Of a stretch of DNA of 50,585 nt, positions 46,714 to 50,585 are shown piece by piece. The first letter of the stretch is position 1. Each line of letters opens with the position of its first letter. The stretch lies in assembly GCA_003165495.1 (NCBI GenBank), contig PMMB01000273.1, positions 1 to 50,585 on the forward strand. The letters are read 5' to 3'. The position numbers were made by a program, and so were the translations under genes. Source of the stretch: Gammaproteobacteria bacterium. GTDB taxonomy: Bacteria; Pseudomonadota; Gammaproteobacteria; Steroidobacterales; Steroidobacteraceae. The notes beneath the pieces are model-generated. The model was not told the DNA's origin. It did not search any database and saw only the letters and a list, made by a program, of their open reading frames with translations.

Positions 46714-46869
46714 ATCTATATTGTCCACAAACTTACGGGCAATTATAGTTCGCGGAGCGGCCGGGTAGAAAATTTGCAAAGTCCGTCACAATGCCCGATG
46801 GGTTTCATCGTGAACCTCAATAATTCACGGAAGTTTCGGCGGCCGAGGTGCGTGGCGACCGGCATTCGG

Positions 46870-47592
46870 TCACGGTACGGAGATGCTGCGCCGGTAGCCC
46901 TTTGCTGCTGCCGGGGGCGCGGCCGCGTGATGCCACACGCGAAATCCGCCAAGGAACGCGAAGTCATTATTGCCGAGGCGCGCGTTTTTCGGCATTCGCT
47001 TCAACTTGCGCGCATTGCCGCCGCCAATGACGACATAGTCGGCTTCCAGCACGGTGCTCAGCTGCGCCACGACTTCGTTGACAGTCCGACACCATTTCTT
47101 GCCGCCCAGCCGTTTGAGACCGCGCTCGCCGACGTACTCCTCGTAGGTGCGTCCCTTTTTATACGGCAGATGCGCAAGCTCCATCGGCGCAACGACGCCA
47201 TCAACGATCATTGCGGAGCCAAGTCCCGTTCCAAGGCCGAGAAACAGCATTCGACCGCCTTCGTAACTGCCGACCGCTTGCATCGCCGCGTCGTTCATGA
47301 CGTGGGTCGGTCGGCCAAAGGCTTTGCGAAAGTCAAATCCAACCCAACCGGGCCCAAGATTGTGTGGCTCGGTAACCACTTTGCCGTGCAGCACTACTCC
47401 TGGATATCCGATGGAAACCGCGTCGTAGGTCCAGTCCCCGGTAAGTTCATGCACATGCGCGACCATTTGACGGGGCGTAAGATCCGGCCCCGATTCAAAT
47501 TGCCGCATCTCTTGACGGCCGAAAACGCGCGTCTTCACATGGCTTCCGCCGACGTCGATGGCGAGAACTCGCCTGTAGCGCTTTGGTTTCAT
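46870..47592 (-). CDS. ppgK: ROK-family kinase, polyphosphate/ATP glucokinase-like
   Basis: RVLAIDVGGSHVK, NDAAMQAVG and LGLGTGLGSAMIVDG motifs with PpgK-like size (240 aa). The start is ATG 47592. Confidence 0.7.
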   Translation of the reverse strand: MKPKRYRRVLAIDVGGSHVKTRVFGRQEMRQFESGPDLTPRQMVAHVHELTGDWTYDAVSIGYPGVVLHGKVVTEPHNLGPGWVGFDFRKAFGRPTHVMNDAAMQAVGSYEGGRMLFLGLGTGLGSAMIVDGVVAPMELAHLPYKKGRTYEEYVGERGLKRLGGKKWCRTVNEVVAQLSTVLEADYVVIGGGNARKLKRMPKNARLGNNDFAFLGGFRVWHHAAAPPAAAKGYRRSISVP

Positions 47593-47754
47593 ATTCCCGA
47601 AACAATACCTCAATCCCACCCCGCACGCTGCGAACTCCGGAATCCTTAGATTACTGCCTGTGTGAAACTCATACCGATGTCAAATATACTCGGCCTTTCC
47701 TGACGACGTTACCTGACTAAGCTCATGCAGAATGGTTGTGGCGGCCAAGCGACT

Positions 47755-48405
47755 ATGAAACGATTTGCCTTGGTGATTTTTGATTGTGACGGTGTTCTGG
47801 TTGATAGCGAGGTGATTACCAGCCGAGTCTTCGCGAAGATGCTCAACGAGCTGGGAATCGCGGTCTCGATGGAGGAGGTGTTTGAGAAATTCGTCGGAAG
47901 ATCAATGGCACAATGTCTCGAGATGATCGCGGGCTTGTTGGGTCGAGAGGTCCCGGAGGACTTCGTTCATCAATGTCACCTCCGGACCACGGCGGCGCTG
48001 CAGTCGGAACTCACTGCGGTCCCAGGTATCGAGGCGGCGTTGGAGACCATCCGAATGCCGTACTGCGTCGCGTCCAATGGCAGTCACGAAAAGATGCAGA
48101 CCACGTTGGGAGTTACCGGTTTGCTCCCCAAATTTAAGGGCAAGCTGTTCAGCGTCGCTGAAGTCGCCAGGGGCAAGCCGTTTCCCGACGTGTTCCTGTA
48201 CGCTGCAAAAAAATCCGGTGTCGCACCTTCTGCCTGCGTGGTCATCGAAGACACGCCTACCGGCGTGGCGGCAGGGGTCGCTGCCGGAATGACTGTCTAC
48301 GGCTATTGCGCGCACACGCCGGCGCACCGGCTGATCGAGGCGGGCGCTCATTGCACCTTCGATTGCATGAGCGACCTACCTGAACTGCTACGCGATGCCC
48401 GATAA
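47755..48405 (+). CDS. HAD-superfamily hydrolase, subfamily IA (phosphatase/beta-phosphoglucomutase-like)
   Basis: Motif I IFDCDGVLVDSE, motif II VASNG, and KPFPDVF...IEDTPTGVAAGVAAGM. Confidence 0.85.
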   Translation: MKRFALVIFDCDGVLVDSEVITSRVFAKMLNELGIAVSMEEVFEKFVGRSMAQCLEMIAGLLGREVPEDFVHQCHLRTTAALQSELTAVPGIEAALETIRMPYCVASNGSHEKMQTTLGVTGLLPKFKGKLFSVAEVARGKPFPDVFLYAAKKSGVAPSACVVIEDTPTGVAAGVAAGMTVYGYCAHTPAHRLIEAGAHCTFDCMSDLPELLRDAR

Positions 48406-48443
48406 TGGAATCATGCGGACGCCCATCGCGGCATAGGTGATTT

Positions 48444-49427
48444 ATGTTCAAAGCCATCCTGATCGAGCGCGACGAACGCCCCTATCGCGCGACCTTTGCG
48501 TCTCTCAACGAAGGCCAATTGCCTGCGGGTGACGTGACCGTGCGCGTCGACTATTCAACGCTCAACTACAAAGACGCGCTCGCCATTACCGGCAAAGCGC
48601 CGGTGGTGCGGCACTTTCCAATGGTGCCGGGAATCGATTTCGCCGGTTCGGTCCATGAATCTGAAAATGCCTCCTTTCGGGTCGGAGACCGGGTTTTGCT
48701 CAATGGCTGGGGTGTCGGAGAACATCATTGGGGTGGGCTCGCGCAGCTGGCGCGAGTGAAGGGGGAGTGGCTCATCCCGCTGCCCGCAGCATTTACGGCA
48801 CGCCAGTCCATGGCCATCGGCACTGCCGGATATACGGCGATGTTGTGCGTCATGGCGCTCGAACGGCATGGAGTGACGCCCGAGAGTGGAGAGATTCTGG
48901 TGACAGGGGCGGCGGGCGGCGTGGGTAGCGTTGCGGTTGCCGTGCTGGCCAAGCTGGGATTTCGGGTGGCGGCCGCGACTGGTCGTCAGGCGGAGGCCGA
49001 TTATCTGAAGCGGCTGGGCGCCGCAGAAGTCTTGGACCGAGCGCTGTTCGCAAGCCCGGGTAAACCCCTGGGCAAGGAGCGTTGGGCGGGGGCGATCGAT
49101 GTGGTCGGCAGCCACACCCTGGTCAACGTCTGCGCCTCCATGCGCTATCGGGGCGTCGTCGCGGCGTGCGGTCTCGCCGGAGGTCTCGATTTTCCCGCGA
49201 CGGTGGCTCCGTTCATTTTGCGCGGCGTCACGCTTGCGGGGGTGGATAGCGTGATGTGCCCGCGGGTGGATCGCCTGGACGCGTGGCGCCGGCTGAGCCA
49301 AGATCTCGACCTCGATAAGCTCGAGTTCCTCACCGAGGAAATCGGGCTGTCGCAAGTCATTGACCGCGCCGCCGGATTTCTCGATGGCCGAATTCGCGGT
49401 CGCGTCGTGGTGGATGCCCGTCGTTAA
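48444..49427 (+). CDS. acuI: YhdH/YhfP-family NADPH:quinone/acrylyl-CoA reductase (MDR superfamily)
   Basis: [47 protein letters not shown] and [10 protein letters not shown]. Confidence 0.85.
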   Translation: MFKAILIERDERPYRATFASLNEGQLPAGDVTVRVDYSTLNYKDALAITGKAPVVRHFPMVPGIDFAGSVHESENASFRVGDRVLLNGWGVGEHHWGGLAQLARVKGEWLIPLPAAFTARQSMAIGTAGYTAMLCVMALERHGVTPESGEILVTGAAGGVGSVAVAVLAKLGFRVAAATGRQAEADYLKRLGAAEVLDRALFASPGKPLGKERWAGAIDVVGSHTLVNVCASMRYRGVVAACGLAGGLDFPATVAPFILRGVTLAGVDSVMCPRVDRLDAWRRLSQDLDLDKLEFLTEEIGLSQVIDRAAGFLDGRIRGRVVVDARR

Positions 49428-50464
49428 CGGGCACCGCCAACCAGCGTGATCCAGCTCAACACCAGCAGAGCCAAAAAGATCGTCTCCGCCGCTATGAGAG
49501 CAATCGCAGTAGTGCCGACGGCCATCATTTCGCGCAAGCTCGTCTTCATTCCCAGAGCGGCCACCGAAATGACCAACAGCCACTTCGACGCCTCGCTGAG
49601 TACCGACGCGATGGGCTTTGCGACAAGAGCAAATCCGTTCAGTGCGGCCAACACGACGAAGGCAATGAGAAAACCCGGCAGCAGCGCAACTTTGTTCTGG
49701 GTGGGTTCGCTCTTGTCGATACCTCGCGCGGCGACCAGCGTGATGATCAAGACCACCGGCAAGAGCATGGCGACTCGCATGAGTTTGACAATGGTGGCCG
49801 AGTCGCCGGCCTGCGGCGAGGAGGCGTAGCCGGCCGCCACCACCTGCGCGACATCGTGGATCGACCCGCCGAGAAACCGTCCGGTTTGCAATGGATCCAA
49901 ATGCAGATGCGCGAGAAGGGCCGGATACAGGACCATGGCGATGGTGCTGTAAGTCGTAATGCACGCGATCACCACCACGGTGTCGCGCTCGGAGTCCTTG
50001 CGGGGCCATGCAACGGCGATGGCCATTGCCGCGGAAGCCCCGCAAATACCGACAGCACCGCCGGAGAGGACACCATATCGGCCGTCGAGCTTCATGGTCC
50101 TGGCGAGAGCCCAACCAAACCCGATGGTCAGTGGAACGGTCACCATCACCATGGCCGCAGTCGACCAACCCAGTTCGCCGATTTGACCGAAGGTAATGCG
50201 CAATCCGAGCAATGCCACGCTGATTCGCAGGAGCGTGCGCGCGGAAACGTTGATGCCGGGTGCATAGCGCGCCTCGGCCGACAATTGATTCAAGGCCATG
50301 CCCAGCAATAGCGCGAAAATGACAGGCGGTGCGTGGTAGTGATCCGAGAGGTAGGTTGCAGCCAACGCCACGATCAGGGTGGACGCGAGTCCCGGGCCGA
50401 TGGTGCTGGCGGTTGTGCGAAGGGCGCTGGGACGCCAGCGGTCGATGAACGCGGAAAGCTCCAT
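49424..50464 (-). CDS. yeiH: YeiH/UPF0324-family membrane protein (putative sulfate exporter family)
   Basis: 346-aa polytopic protein with the YeiH family pattern ([32 protein letters not shown]). Confidence 0.8.
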   Translation of the reverse strand: MELSAFIDRWRPSALRTTASTIGPGLASTLIVALAATYLSDHYHAPPVIFALLLGMALNQLSAEARYAPGINVSARTLLRISVALLGLRITFGQIGELGWSTAAMVMVTVPLTIGFGWALARTMKLDGRYGVLSGGAVGICGASAAMAIAVAWPRKDSERDTVVVIACITTYSTIAMVLYPALLAHLHLDPLQTGRFLGGSIHDVAQVVAAGYASSPQAGDSATIVKLMRVAMLLPVVLIITLVAARGIDKSEPTQNKVALLPGFLIAFVVLAALNGFALVAKPIASVLSEASKWLLVISVAALGMKTSLREMMAVGTTAIALIAAETIFLALLVLSWITLVGGAR

Positions 50465-50585
50465 TAGGTAGATCTTACCCGCCGCAGCGCATTGCGCCAG
50501 CCGGCGATTTGGGTCTCCCGCTCAGGCGCTCCCAATGCCGGCTCGAAACGAGTTTCGGACCTACTCAACGCGGCGATGTCTTGAA

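Noticed and set aside
46423-47649. 408-aa ORF on the plus strand
   Set aside because: It is antisense to the ROK/ppgK gene and to the TfpZ-like gene. It has no recognisable motifs and Arg-rich shadow-frame composition.
48555-50168. 537-aa ORF on the minus strand, the longest unexplained ORF in the track
   Set aside because: It is an Arg/Gly/His-rich low-complexity translation. It is antisense to the clearly homologous acuI/yhdH gene and out of frame with yeiH. This is a typical high-GC shadow ORF.
1-50585. Search for CRISPR arrays, tRNA/rRNA genes, IS elements, integrases, and toxin-antitoxin or known defence-system genes
   Set aside because: I saw no regularly spaced direct repeats, no tRNA T-arm signatures (GGTTCGAATCC-like), and no transposase, integrase, nuclease or helicase-type ORFs in any frame. 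The lone RHH protein has no toxin partner.

Overview
High-GC (~60%) bacterial chromosomal window, probably from a Gram-negative (NodT-type outer-membrane lipoprotein, Hyf-type hydrogenase, MgtA). I count about 45 intact genes and at least 9 gene fragments. I found no rRNA, tRNA, CRISPR array, transposase, integrase or phage genes.

The dominant theme is a hypoxia/dormancy-type stress island:
- Stress and hibernation proteins: four universal stress proteins (one single-domain, three tandem-domain paralogs), two paralogous triple-BON (OsmY-like) proteins, an HPF/RaiA ribosome hibernation factor, and a PNPOx-family flavoprotein.
- Redox and fermentation: two paralogous diheme cytochromes c, a Zn alcohol dehydrogenase, the PduL phosphotransacylase, and the start of a Hyf-type group-4 hydrogenase operon.
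- Ion transport: an MgtA P-type ATPase, an MgtC/DUF4010 protein, and a non-canonical Nramp.
- Repair and envelope: a bifunctional APH/AAA kinase-like protein, protein-isoaspartate methyltransferase, and an LdtD-MepK peptidoglycan remodelling pair.
- Regulation: three full-length Crp/Fnr-family regulators plus one truncated copy, a REC-PAS-GGDEF-EAL protein, and a PAS hybrid histidine kinase.

Other content is a DevCAB-like ABC exporter with a NodT outer-membrane factor, a polyphosphate-related group (CHAD, polyphosphate glucokinase-like ROK, HAD phosphatase), AcuI/YhdH and YeiH.

The most interesting items are:
1. An intact stand-alone eRF1 middle-domain-like protein with an RGGD loop, lying next to HPF.
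2. Two paralogous modules, each a small membrane protein followed by a conserved 114-aa protein of unknown function, each beside a regulator.
3. TGTAC-N6-GTACA palindromes that look like operators for the local Crp paralogs.
4. Clear evidence that the island was built by segmental duplication followed by reciprocal decay (USP-ADH junction, BON, cytochrome c, many IS-free pseudogene fragments).

All homology calls come from reading the translations by eye. No database search was run.
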